Positions 56,368 to 64,000 of a stretch of DNA of 64,000 nucleotides are shown piece after piece. Positions within the stretch are counted from its first letter, which is position 1, and each line of letters opens with the position of its first letter. The position numbers and the translations under genes were made by a program. The notes beneath the pieces were generated by a model. It was given only the letters and a program-made list of their open reading frames with translations, ran no database searches and was not told the origin of the DNA. Source of the stretch: an uncultured Christensenellaceae bacterium (GTDB lineage Bacteria > Bacillota > Clostridia > Christensenellales > Borkfalkiaceae); NCBI GenBank assembly GCA_910587625.1, contig CAJUMW010000002.1, positions 86,002 to 150,001 of the forward strand, read 5' to 3'.

Positions 56368-57315
56368 ATGGGTTATTTAATTGGTTTTGGTATCATACTC
56401 GGTATAATAGCCGGTATTTGTTACGGAATATACACGTTATGCGTAATTATCTGGAATATGCAGGTATGCTATCACGGCAGTATGGACGCTATGTTCAGTG
56501 TCACGCTGATTATTGTCGTTTTGTTGGCTGCTTTGGTTGTAGTTTGTTTAATTGTTGCGGCATTGTTTGAATTGGACGGATTGAAAACCGTTGTATTGCG
56601 CATTATGTTGCCCGCAGCGATAGGCTTTTTGGCTCTTTCGGGCATAGTTTATATTTACGGCTATTGCGAACCTGTATTTTTGGGTGTTGACGCATTAAGT
56701 GACCCTGCGTATAACAATTATTTTTTGAATACAGAACGGGATATAATGGTCAATGATTTGAGTCCGTTTACTACAATTCAGGCTTGGGTCATATTGATAA
56801 GCGGAACTTTGCTTTTCATTGCCGCAGCATTTTCGATTATAGCGGCGCTGATATCGTCCGTCCGTTACGGAGATATATATCTCGGCAGTGCATTCAGTGT
56901 GTTGTTTAAATGCTTATACCGCATATTTTTACCTGTTTTAATTCTTGTTGCGGTGCTCGTAGGCTGGTACTATTTAACCACTATCGTTCTTTGGGACTAT
57001 GATTTATTCGATTTGATTATTCACGGCATAGCAACCTCGGGCGCGCTGCTCGGAGCGGTAGTCGGGTTTGCTTTTCTTGTAAACAGACAGCCGCTTGCCG
57101 CCGCCTTTTCACTCGGGCTTGCCGCGGCTGTGGCATTTGTAAGCTACACCGTGTTCGGCGCAAAGATACTGCTTGATTTGATGAGCGAGTATTATCTGTT
57201 TATAATTTTAGGTTTCATAGGGTTATACTTATTGCTCGGCGTTGTTTACTGTCTTACAAGAATTAAAGTAATAAGAAATATCATAAGACGTGCAAAATAT
57301 ATGTATTGGTTATAA
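56368..57315 (+). CDS. Polytopic membrane protein (about 8 TM), function unknown
   Basis: 315 aa, almost entirely hydrophobic helices. SD TGAGGT upstream. Confidence 0.75.
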   Translation: MGYLIGFGIILGIIAGICYGIYTLCVIIWNMQVCYHGSMDAMFSVTLIIVVLLAALVVVCLIVAALFELDGLKTVVLRIMLPAAIGFLALSGIVYIYGYCEPVFLGVDALSDPAYNNYFLNTERDIMVNDLSPFTTIQAWVILISGTLLFIAAAFSIIAALISSVRYGDIYLGSAFSVLFKCLYRIFLPVLILVAVLVGWYYLTTIVLWDYDLFDLIIHGIATSGALLGAVVGFAFLVNRQPLAAAFSLGLAAAVAFVSYTVFGAKILLDLMSEYYLFIILGFIGLYLLLGVVYCLTRIKVIRNIIRRAKYMYWL

Positions 57316-57330
57316 TTATTCGGAGAAAAT

Positions 57331-58731
57331 ATGAAAAAACAAAGATTGGAAGAACCTGCAAGGACTAAACTGTTTTGGATTCCCATTTACAACATTCTTT
57401 TTTATACCGTCAAAGAAATTCTTTTGGACGTATGGGATTTGGCGTCGACTGTCGGCAATAAATTTTTCCGCCTGCTCTGGGTGGTAGTGTTTCCCTTTCT
57501 TCTGGTAATTTATCCGGCTACCTGTCTTGTACTGCTGCTGGTAATTATAGTTTTACTTTTTGTTACGCTGGTTAACTATATTTTCGGCGGCGTCAGCTAT
57601 GTGGTGGACAGCTTGTATTTAAAAATTCACGGAATAGGGCTTGTGTGTCCCGCGTGCAACAACAAGTATCAGTTGCCGACATACATATGTCCAAGATGTA
57701 ACGCCCAACATAAGAACCTGCGCCCCGGCAGGTACGGCATTGCAAAGCGCACCTGTAAGTGCGGCGCAAAGCTGCCCACAACGTTCTTTAACGGCAGGCA
57801 GCATCTTGACGCCATATGCCCTAACCCGGCTTGCCGCTATGCTTTCAAATCGAAGATACTGCCGGCACGCCCCATATGTATTCCCATTATCGGCGGCGTA
57901 TCCTCGGGTAAAACAAGCCTTATAAACGCAGGTATAGACGGGCTGAATAAATATTGCCAAATCCCCGACAATAAAATGGAGTTCGAGTATTGCTCGAACG
58001 AGGACGAGCAGAGGCACAAGAGAAACCTTGAAATTTTAAAGACGAGGAACACCGACAAGACTCATAAACAGCAGTTCGACTCGTACAAGTTCTATTTCTC
58101 TCCTCAGGGCGCAAAGGTAAAGAACAGGGTTTACGTCTATGACGTTGCCGGAGAGGTCTACGACGCCAAAAAGCAGAATATTGTTGAAAAGACGCAGGTT
58201 TTCGACTTTACAAACAGCTTGCTGTTCGTATTGGACCCTCTGTCTATCGACGATTTTTACGACGACTGCGTTCAGGCAAAGGTGCCCAATCTCGAAAGAT
58301 ACAAGCGTTCGGACAGAAGTATGAACGACGTTGTTACAAATATGATAAACAGCCTCGGCGTGTTTGCAAGTCTTACGCCCGAAAGGTGTAAAAAGGTGTT
58401 TGTAGCGATAGTTATTACAAAGGGCGACTTGCCGCTAATTAAAGACCAAATCGGTGACGAGTACGTCGCAGAGCTTGCAAGGCAGAACAGAACGACATGG
58501 AATAGGGCTAAAAATATTGCCTGCGAGCAGTTCCTTGACAAGTATCAGGCTATGAACTTTCTCAACATAATAAGGAATAAGTTTGAAAATTATCAGTTTT
58601 TCACAACCAGCTCGTGGAGCGGAGAACAGAACAAGTACGTTGCGGAAAATGCCGAGGACCCGTTCCTTTGGCTGATTGATATGGAAAGTCCCGAAATTGA
58701 CCTTAAAACAAAGTGGAACAGCAATAAATAG
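57331..58731 (+). CDS. Membrane-anchored zinc-ribbon plus small-GTPase-like P-loop protein (paralogue of 52330-53448)
   Basis: Two N-terminal TM helices. CPACN..CPRCN..CKCG..CPNPAC. G1 GGVSSGKT (57892-57915), G3-like VYDVAGE, G4-like ITKGD. C-terminal EDPFLWLI motif shared with the soluble paralogue. Confidence 0.75.
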   Translation: MKKQRLEEPARTKLFWIPIYNILFYTVKEILLDVWDLASTVGNKFFRLLWVVVFPFLLVIYPATCLVLLLVIIVLLFVTLVNYIFGGVSYVVDSLYLKIHGIGLVCPACNNKYQLPTYICPRCNAQHKNLRPGRYGIAKRTCKCGAKLPTTFFNGRQHLDAICPNPACRYAFKSKILPARPICIPIIGGVSSGKTSLINAGIDGLNKYCQIPDNKMEFEYCSNEDEQRHKRNLEILKTRNTDKTHKQQFDSYKFYFSPQGAKVKNRVYVYDVAGEVYDAKKQNIVEKTQVFDFTNSLLFVLDPLSIDDFYDDCVQAKVPNLERYKRSDRSMNDVVTNMINSLGVFASLTPERCKKVFVAIVITKGDLPLIKDQIGDEYVAELARQNRTTWNRAKNIACEQFLDKYQAMNFLNIIRNKFENYQFFTTSSWSGEQNKYVAENAEDPFLWLIDMESPEIDLKTKWNSNK

Positions 58732-58744
58732 GAGGTCGCTTAAA

Positions 58745-59335
58745 ATGGGTTCGACTTATTCGGCGGTGTGCCCGGGGTGCGGCGGCAGCCCAAAACCCGG
58801 TACAAACATATGCGAGTTTTGCGGAAAAGAGCTGTTTATAACTACTTTCAATCCGCTTTTCAATATGAATTTTCCCGACGTAAACAAGTATATGAGGTCT
58901 TATTCCTCGGGCGGATTCGGAGAAACCGACGAGCAAAAGGCAAAGCGGCTTATGGCGCTTGGGCTATGTCAATTAAAATTAAAACTCTACGATAAGGCGG
59001 CGCAGAGCTTCGAAGAGGTAGTAAATATCGCGTACGACTGTGCTGAGGCATATTACTGTGCGGCGTTGTGCGTGTTCAAGGGCAACAGACCCTTTCTTTC
59101 AAACATTAAAAGCGTCGAAAGGGCGGAACAGCTTTTAAGTGCCGCACTGTCCGTAAGCAGAAAGGGAATATATTATCTGTTTGCCGCTTTTATAAAAAAG
59201 GACTTTTACGAGCGTAAGTTTTATAAGACGAGCCCGAGCAGCAGGGACTATAAGGCCGAAGCAGATAAATTGGGCGTGCCGCAGGGAGATAAAACTTCGC
59301 TCGAGCAGCTTTTAAACACAAGAATAGATATTTAA
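58745..59335 (+). CDS. Zinc-ribbon protein with TPR-like helical repeats
   Basis: The ATG at 58745 is preceded by AGGAGG. CPGCG..CEFCG lies at 58769-58822. Helical hairpins follow: ALGLCQLKLKLYDKAAQSFEEVV..AEAYYCAALCVFKG. Confidence 0.65.
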   Translation: MGSTYSAVCPGCGGSPKPGTNICEFCGKELFITTFNPLFNMNFPDVNKYMRSYSSGGFGETDEQKAKRLMALGLCQLKLKLYDKAAQSFEEVVNIAYDCAEAYYCAALCVFKGNRPFLSNIKSVERAEQLLSAALSVSRKGIYYLFAAFIKKDFYERKFYKTSPSSRDYKAEADKLGVPQGDKTSLEQLLNTRIDI

Positions 59336-59345
59336 GGAGTAGAAT

Positions 59346-60377
59346 ATGACGCTTTATTCGGTTATAAAAAACCAAAGTCCGTTGCCCTGCCTTTTATGGA
59401 AACACCCGGGTGAGGACTTCAATAACAACTCGCAGCTTACCGTATCCGAGTCGGAGGTGGCGCTGTTTTATAAAGAGGGAGTAATAGTTCAGGAGTACAC
59501 GGGCGGCAGGTATACGCTCAACACCAATAACGTTCCCTTTATAAGGCGCATAATTTCGAAGTTTTCAGGCGGTGTTTCGGCGTTCAACTGCGCAGTATAT
59601 TTTATAAGCAAGACGCATGCAATGGACGTGAAGTGGGGAACTCAATCTCCCATTCCCATGCGCGACGCACAGTACGGGTTTGCCGTCGGCGTGCGCGCGA
59701 GGGGGTCTTATACCGTTCAGGTAAAGGACGCAAAGAAATTTCTTTTAAAGATGCTCGGCACAAATATGACGACGTATTCGGTGGAGGAGTTAAACAGTTG
59801 TTTCAGAACGGCGTTCCAGCAAAAGATAAAGGTCGAAGTTGCGACCGTTATGAAAAACCTTAAAATGACTATTCTCGATATGGCTACGGAATACGAGAAT
59901 ATCGCAAACAAACTTCACCCCGTTATAAACGGCTTGTTGGATGAATACGGGCTTCGCTGTGTAAACTTTTATGTTTCGGATATTTCCATACCGCAGGACG
60001 ACCCCAACTATCAAAAGATAAACGAGGCGTATGCGCGCGTCGGTTCGAGAAATATCGAGGGAATAACCTGGCAGCAGGACACACAGGCAAACATCTTGCG
60101 CGATATGGCTAACAATCAGGGCTTCGGAGGAATGGGCGCAGGTATGGGTATGGGCTTTGCCGCCGGAAATATTTTCGGCAGTATGGCTAACGGCGCTTTC
60201 TCGCAGCAGGCTCCTCAACAGCAGGGCGCAAAGTGCCCGTCGTGCGGAACGGATAATGCAAAGTCGGCAAAATTCTGTTCCAACTGCGGCAAACCGCTTG
60301 CGGCTGTCTGCCCCAATTGCGGCGCTTCTTTGACGTCGGGCGTAAAATTCTGCTCGAACTGCGGATTTAAAGTGTAG
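59346..60377 (+). CDS. SPFH/band-7-like protein with Gly/Met-rich linker and C-terminal double zinc ribbon (B. subtilis YdjI / COG4260-like)
   Basis: N-terminus LLWKHP.EDF...SQL.V.ESE.A.F.K.G. followed by a beta/alpha SPFH-like core. Linker GFGGMGAGMGMGFAAGNIFG. CPSCG..CSNCG..CPNCG..CSNCG at 60234-60362. Confidence 0.78.
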   Translation: MTLYSVIKNQSPLPCLLWKHPGEDFNNNSQLTVSESEVALFYKEGVIVQEYTGGRYTLNTNNVPFIRRIISKFSGGVSAFNCAVYFISKTHAMDVKWGTQSPIPMRDAQYGFAVGVRARGSYTVQVKDAKKFLLKMLGTNMTTYSVEELNSCFRTAFQQKIKVEVATVMKNLKMTILDMATEYENIANKLHPVINGLLDEYGLRCVNFYVSDISIPQDDPNYQKINEAYARVGSRNIEGITWQQDTQANILRDMANNQGFGGMGAGMGMGFAAGNIFGSMANGAFSQQAPQQQGAKCPSCGTDNAKSAKFCSNCGKPLAAVCPNCGASLTSGVKFCSNCGFKV

Positions 60378-60387
60378 AGGTGTACAT

Positions 60388-61068
60388 ATGAAACTGCTTC
60401 CCAAAATAATTATATACGTCTTGTTTTTAGTTGCGTATTCTCTGCTTGTATTTCTTCTCAACGCCGATTATACCGTCGTGTTCGGTCTGGCATACGCGTT
60501 TGCGGCGCTTGCCGTGCTGGTGCAATTTACCTGCACGATACTCGTCGATAAAAAGATTAAGGCTGAATTTTTGACCTATCATCTGGTCTTTGTATTGCTG
60601 TCGTACACGGTTATCAACCTTATTGCAAATACCCTTTGCGCGTTTTTCCACAGGGAGATTACCTATCTTGTACCGTTGCTTGTAAACGTGTGCCTGCTTG
60701 CAGGTTATACAATTTACTTTATAATTCATTTCAACAGCGTTAAAGCCATTGAAAGCAACGTCAAAGAGGAGCGCGCTCGCTTGCAGTTTGTAAGGGTTGC
60801 GGCGCAAAAGCTCGAACTGATAATGAGTTCCCTTACGGATATTTCCGTTAGCAAAAAAGTGGAAATACTTTACGACGCAGTGAGGGGCAGTCAGGCGCTC
60901 GGCAACGAGGGCGTTGCCGCCCTCGAGCTTGAAATTTTGTCCGACATAGATATGCTGCAAATTTTATATGACGACGATAATTTCGAGGGTGCGGACAGAC
61001 TTTCGCAGAGCATTTTGACAAAATTAAACAGGCGCAACGCATATATAACTTCTTCACAGGTGGTGTAA
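60388..61068 (+). CDS. 4-TM membrane protein with cytoplasmic helical tail, function unknown
   Basis: 226 aa. SD GAGGTG. Four hydrophobic helices, then a helical segment of about 100 aa. Confidence 0.7.
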   Translation: MKLLPKIIIYVLFLVAYSLLVFLLNADYTVVFGLAYAFAALAVLVQFTCTILVDKKIKAEFLTYHLVFVLLSYTVINLIANTLCAFFHREITYLVPLLVNVCLLAGYTIYFIIHFNSVKAIESNVKEERARLQFVRVAAQKLELIMSSLTDISVSKKVEILYDAVRGSQALGNEGVAALELEILSDIDMLQILYDDDNFEGADRLSQSILTKLNRRNAYITSSQVV

Positions 61069-61851
61069 ATGAGGCTTTTAAAAATACTTACCGCGTTGTT
61101 TGTGCCCTTTCCCGATATTACGGGGCAAGAGTTTAAAAGCATGTTCAATTTCAAAATGTGGGGCAAAGCCAATTTGCATAGGTTGTCCGTTTACGAACAG
61201 AACAGACTGTTTTTTACCTCGGGCGCGTCTAAAATCAACTACGTTGCAATGCTTGTTTGGCTGCTTATCGGCGTCGCGCTGGTAACTTCGGGCTTAATTT
61301 TTGCAATAGTTTTGGGCGTTTTGCTTGTCGTATCGGTTCTGAGCCTGCTTGTTATGAGGATAATGTCGATACCTAAAATTACAAGGTTGGATGTGGAAAA
61401 TAATATTCAAATAATAGTCGGCGGAATCGAGCAGGAGGGGTTGAATGCAAACGGAATAGATGCGTCTCAGGTGAATATAGCAGGCGATCCGCTCTGCCTT
61501 ATGCAGTACATAGACGAGGATATTGCAGACCGTCACTACGTCAAGGACAAAATGAGCTCGAACATTTCGGTCACATATTTCTACGTCGGTATAGACCAAT
61601 TTTTTATATATAAAGTGAGGTGTTCGCTCATCTGCGAGTTTGAAAAAGTCTGTGAGTCGTACGATTATTTTTACAGAGATATTATGAGCTCGAATATAAG
61701 AACGGACGCTTCCCGTCCGAATTGCTATATGCTCGAACTTGTGTTTTTAAACAGCCGAACGGTAAGTTTTGAGTTCAGCGGCGGACCCGAAGTGCAGCAG
61801 ACTTTGTTTGCAATCAAAAATTTAATAAGAGATAAGAGAAATACCATATAA
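61069..61851 (+). CDS. Membrane-anchored protein (2 TM plus a C-terminal soluble domain), function unknown
   Basis: The ATG directly abuts the upstream stop (TAAATG). Hydrophobic hairpin MLVWLLIGVALVTSGLIFAIVLGVLLVVSVLSLLVM. Confidence 0.65.
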   Translation: MRLLKILTALFVPFPDITGQEFKSMFNFKMWGKANLHRLSVYEQNRLFFTSGASKINYVAMLVWLLIGVALVTSGLIFAIVLGVLLVVSVLSLLVMRIMSIPKITRLDVENNIQIIVGGIEQEGLNANGIDASQVNIAGDPLCLMQYIDEDIADRHYVKDKMSSNISVTYFYVGIDQFFIYKVRCSLICEFEKVCESYDYFYRDIMSSNIRTDASRPNCYMLELVFLNSRTVSFEFSGGPEVQQTLFAIKNLIRDKRNTI

Positions 61852-61852
61852 T

Positions 61853-61889
61853 AAAACTGCCGCAAAGCTTTAAACTTTGCGGCAGTTTT
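61853..61889. terminator. Bidirectional intrinsic terminator closing the Hsp70/GTPase operon
   Basis: AAAACTGCCGCAAAG-ctttaaa-CTTTGCGGCAGTTTT followed by ATT. Confidence 0.8.
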
Positions 61890-61899
61890 ATTATATAAA

Positions 61900-62232
61900 T
61901 TAATTTTCCTGTTTGGGTATAGGCGCAAGCCCTACTGCCTCGTCAACGGCTATCGAAAAGGCTATGCCCTGACCTTCGGTCTTTAATCCTGCCTGACGGT
62001 AAACGGCGTGGAGTACGTCGTCCTTAATTTCCGACGGCACAAGTATCATAACAATTTCCTTGTCGGGCTGAATGGAGATGTGGAAAAACTGTTCGGCTTC
62101 CTTGTTTGCCGTGCCGCGCGCGTGAATTATTGTGCCGCCGCGTGCGCCGACTTCCTTTGCCGCGTCCATAACCGTTTCGGAAAAGCCTGTGTTTACTATG
62201 CACAAAATCATTTCATAATTGCTGCCTGTCAT
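61900..62232 (-). CDS. P-II-family (GlnB-like fold) small protein
   Basis: 110 aa. beta-alpha-beta pattern EMILCIVNTGFSETVMDAAKEVGARGGTIIHARG ... KEIVMILVP..I.D.V..AV......GQGIAFS..V. Confidence 0.72.
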   Translation of the reverse strand: MTGSNYEMILCIVNTGFSETVMDAAKEVGARGGTIIHARGTANKEAEQFFHISIQPDKEIVMILVPSEIKDDVLHAVYRQAGLKTEGQGIAFSIAVDEAVGLAPIPKQEN

Positions 62233-62624
62233 TGTTTGTTCTCCTTTACCGCCATTTTGTTGTTGCTTAAAAATCCGTATATCAACGTGCCTATAACGCT
62301 TGAAAGCGAAACGGTGCAGGCAATGCCATTGCCGCCCTTTATGGTGTTGAACTTCTCTTCCAAGGTGTGCAGTGCATCGGGAATTTTACTTTCCTGTATC
62401 ACGCTTAAAATTACCGATTTATTCGAGTTTGCAAGACCCAAGAGGTCGAGCATTTTTTCGTTTGCCGTGCCGTTGCCCATTAGTATCATCTGCATATTTA
62501 CTTCAAACGATTGAATTAAGTCGGCAAAGAACTCGGTCTTGTTTCGCGCGACTACCGTAACCATAAGTTTGAGCTTCTGCGGCGCGGTTTGTTTATCTCT
62601 GTTTATCGATTTTTTATCCGACAT
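62229..62624 (-). CDS. Second P-II-like small protein
   Basis: 131 aa. LKLMVTVVARNKTEFFADLIQSFEVNMQMILMGNGTA.. pattern. 4-nt overlap with the downstream P-II-like gene. Confidence 0.62.
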   Translation of the reverse strand: MSDKKSINRDKQTAPQKLKLMVTVVARNKTEFFADLIQSFEVNMQMILMGNGTANEKMLDLLGLANSNKSVILSVIQESKIPDALHTLEEKFNTIKGGNGIACTVSLSSVIGTLIYGFLSNNKMAVKENKQ

Positions 62625-62631
62625 ACGGCAC

Positions 62632-64000
62632 CTACTTAAAATAAATAATCTGTTCGTCGTCCGCGGAAAGTATGCGCTTCATTGTAATGCGCGAGCGCAT
62701 CTTTGACGACATTACCGCTTTAAAGCCCAAGGATTGGATTGTTATAAGCGGCGTCATTGCTACCATTGCCACCACGCCGAACGCGTCGGTCAGAATATCT
62801 CCGCCTATCGCGGCGCAAGCGCCTATCGCGAGGGGGAGAATAAAGCTCGAAGTAAGCGGTCCGCTTGCAACGCCGCCCGAGTCGAACGCTATAGCCGTGT
62901 ATATTTTGGGTACAAAGAAGGAGAGCCCAAGCGAAATTATGTAGCCGGGGATTATGTAGTATAGCAGCGAAAATTTAAAAATCATTCTTATGAGCGAAAG
63001 CCCTATAGACACGCCTACCGCTATCGAAAGCGCGAGAAGCATTTCGATTTTTTTAACTCCGCCGCCCGTGATTTCCTCAACCTGCCTGTTTAAAACGTGA
63101 ACGGCGGGCTCGGCAAGTACGACTACAAGTCCCAAAATAAAGCCGAACACAACAAGCAGCGGTTCGCTGAACTCGGCAATTTGCCGACCCATTTTAAAGC
63201 CGATAGGCATAAACCCTACCGTTACCGCGACAAGGAATATCACAAGCCCCAGAAGCGTGTATCCTATGCCGACGGCAATTTGCAAGAGCTTGTTTTTAGG
63301 CAGTTTCAAAATCAAAAATTGAAGTACGAGGAAGAACAGCACCACAAGCCCGAGCGCCTCCAAAACGTCGATGAAGTGTTCCGAAAGTATTTCTCCGAAG
63401 CGCGCAAGAGATGCGTCGACCGAGTATTCCGCAAGCTCGTAAACAATTTCCCCCTGCGAGGTCATTGCAAGCGCAAGTACGGCAATCATAGGGCCTATCG
63501 AGCAAAGTGCAATCAAGCCGAAGCTGTTTTCATTTGCGCCCTTGCCGCCTATGGTGGTTGCGATACCCACGCCCAAAGCCATTATAAACGGAACGGTTAT
63601 GGGGCCCGTGGTTACGCCGCCCGAGTCGAAAGCAAGCGCAAGAAAGTCACCCTTGCCGCACTCGATAAGTATTGCGCACAGCGCAAACACAAGCAGGTAA
63701 AAGAACATTAAAAACAGCGACAAATCTTTTCTGAACACTATCTTAACGACTGCAAGCACGAGAAACAGCCCCACGCCCACGCCGACGGTAACAATCAACA
63801 AGGTGCCGTCTATAACCGCGCTTACCTGACCGGCAAGCACCGAAAGATCGGGCTCGGCAACGGTAATGAGCACGCCCATTATAAAGCATACCGAAATTAA
63901 AATTATAAGTTTTTTCGATTTAGTAAGACCTGCGCCGACGTGTTCTCCCATAGGCGTCATGGCAAGGTCCGCGCCCAAGTTGAAAAGCCCTATGCCGAAT
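62632..64000 (-). CDS. DUF1538-type polytopic membrane protein (5' end outside the window)
   Basis: The frame stays open to the window edge (..FGIGLFNLGADLAMTPMGEHVG..). There are two internally similar halves (FDSGGVTTGPITVPFIMALG / FDSGGVASGPLTSSFILPLA). The usual pairing with P-II-like genes is present. Confidence 0.72.
   Translation of the reverse strand, partial: FGIGLFNLGADLAMTPMGEHVGAGLTKSKKLIILISVCFIMGVLITVAEPDLSVLAGQVSAVIDGTLLIVTVGVGVGLFLVLAVVKIVFRKDLSLFLMFFYLLVFALCAILIECGKGDFLALAFDSGGVTTGPITVPFIMALGVGIATTIGGKGANENSFGLIALCSIGPMIAVLALAMTSQGEIVYELAEYSVDASLARFGEILSEHFIDVLEALGLVVLFFLVLQFLILKLPKNKLLQIAVGIGYTLLGLVIFLVAVTVGFMPIGFKMGRQIAEFSEPLLVVFGFILGLVVVLAEPAVHVLNRQVEEITGGGVKKIEMLLALSIAVGVSIGLSLIRMIFKFSLLYYIIPGYIISLGLSFFVPKIYTAIAFDSGGVASGPLTSSFILPLAIGACAAIGGDILTDAFGVVAMVAMTPLITIQSLGFKAVMSSKMRSRITMKRILSADDEQIIYFK

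Noticed and set aside
44435-61890. The Hsp70/GTPase locus might be a prophage, an integrative element or a transposon-borne island.
   Set aside because: I found no integrase, recombinase or transposase, no flanking tRNA, and no terminal direct or inverted repeats. Composition looks like the surrounding chromosome by eye. It is treated as an accessory operon, not as a recognisable mobile element.

Overview
The window looks like a chromosomal segment of a Firmicutes/Clostridia-type, probably spore-forming bacterium. That reading rests on gene content only (yqfC-yqfD-phoH-yqfF-ybeY-era-yqzL-recO block, SpoIIAA/sigma-F-like operon, strong Shine-Dalgarno sites); no taxon can be proven here. About two thirds is ordinary housekeeping: the 3' end of an SF1 helicase; an L-box-controlled asd-dapA-dapB operon; an ArsR regulator with a P1B heavy-metal ATPase; a purine permease with adenine deaminase; secA, prfB, tsaD and ileS; feoAB; an RluA-type pseudouridine synthase; a STAS/sigma operon; a Ctp-type S41 peptidase; a MinD/MinE-like pair; the yqfC..recO block; and a DUF1538 plus two P-II-like unit at the right edge. 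No rRNA, tRNA, CRISPR array, transposase or integrase was seen. Two conserved genes, the P-type ATPase and secA, are each split into two ORFs. The cause in each appears to be a short out-of-frame deletion (about 19 nt and about 17 nt) inside a conserved motif. The stand-out region is 44.5-61.9 kb. It is a tightly packed 12-gene, single-strand operon with its own promoter and terminator. It encodes a GrpE-like protein, two lid-less Hsp70 paralogues (one fused to a vWA/MIDAS domain), and a 929-aa protein with a J-like domain lacking HPD plus a double zinc ribbon. It also encodes two paralogous zinc-ribbon small-GTPase-like proteins (one soluble, one membrane-anchored), a 906-aa helical protein, a zinc-ribbon/TPR-like protein, an SPFH protein with a double zinc ribbon (YdjI-like) and three membrane proteins. 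I could not recognise a nuclease, protease or toxin domain in it. I regard it as a candidate uncharacterised NTP-dependent membrane-associated conflict or stress system. All functional calls come from motif recognition by eye; no database search was run.
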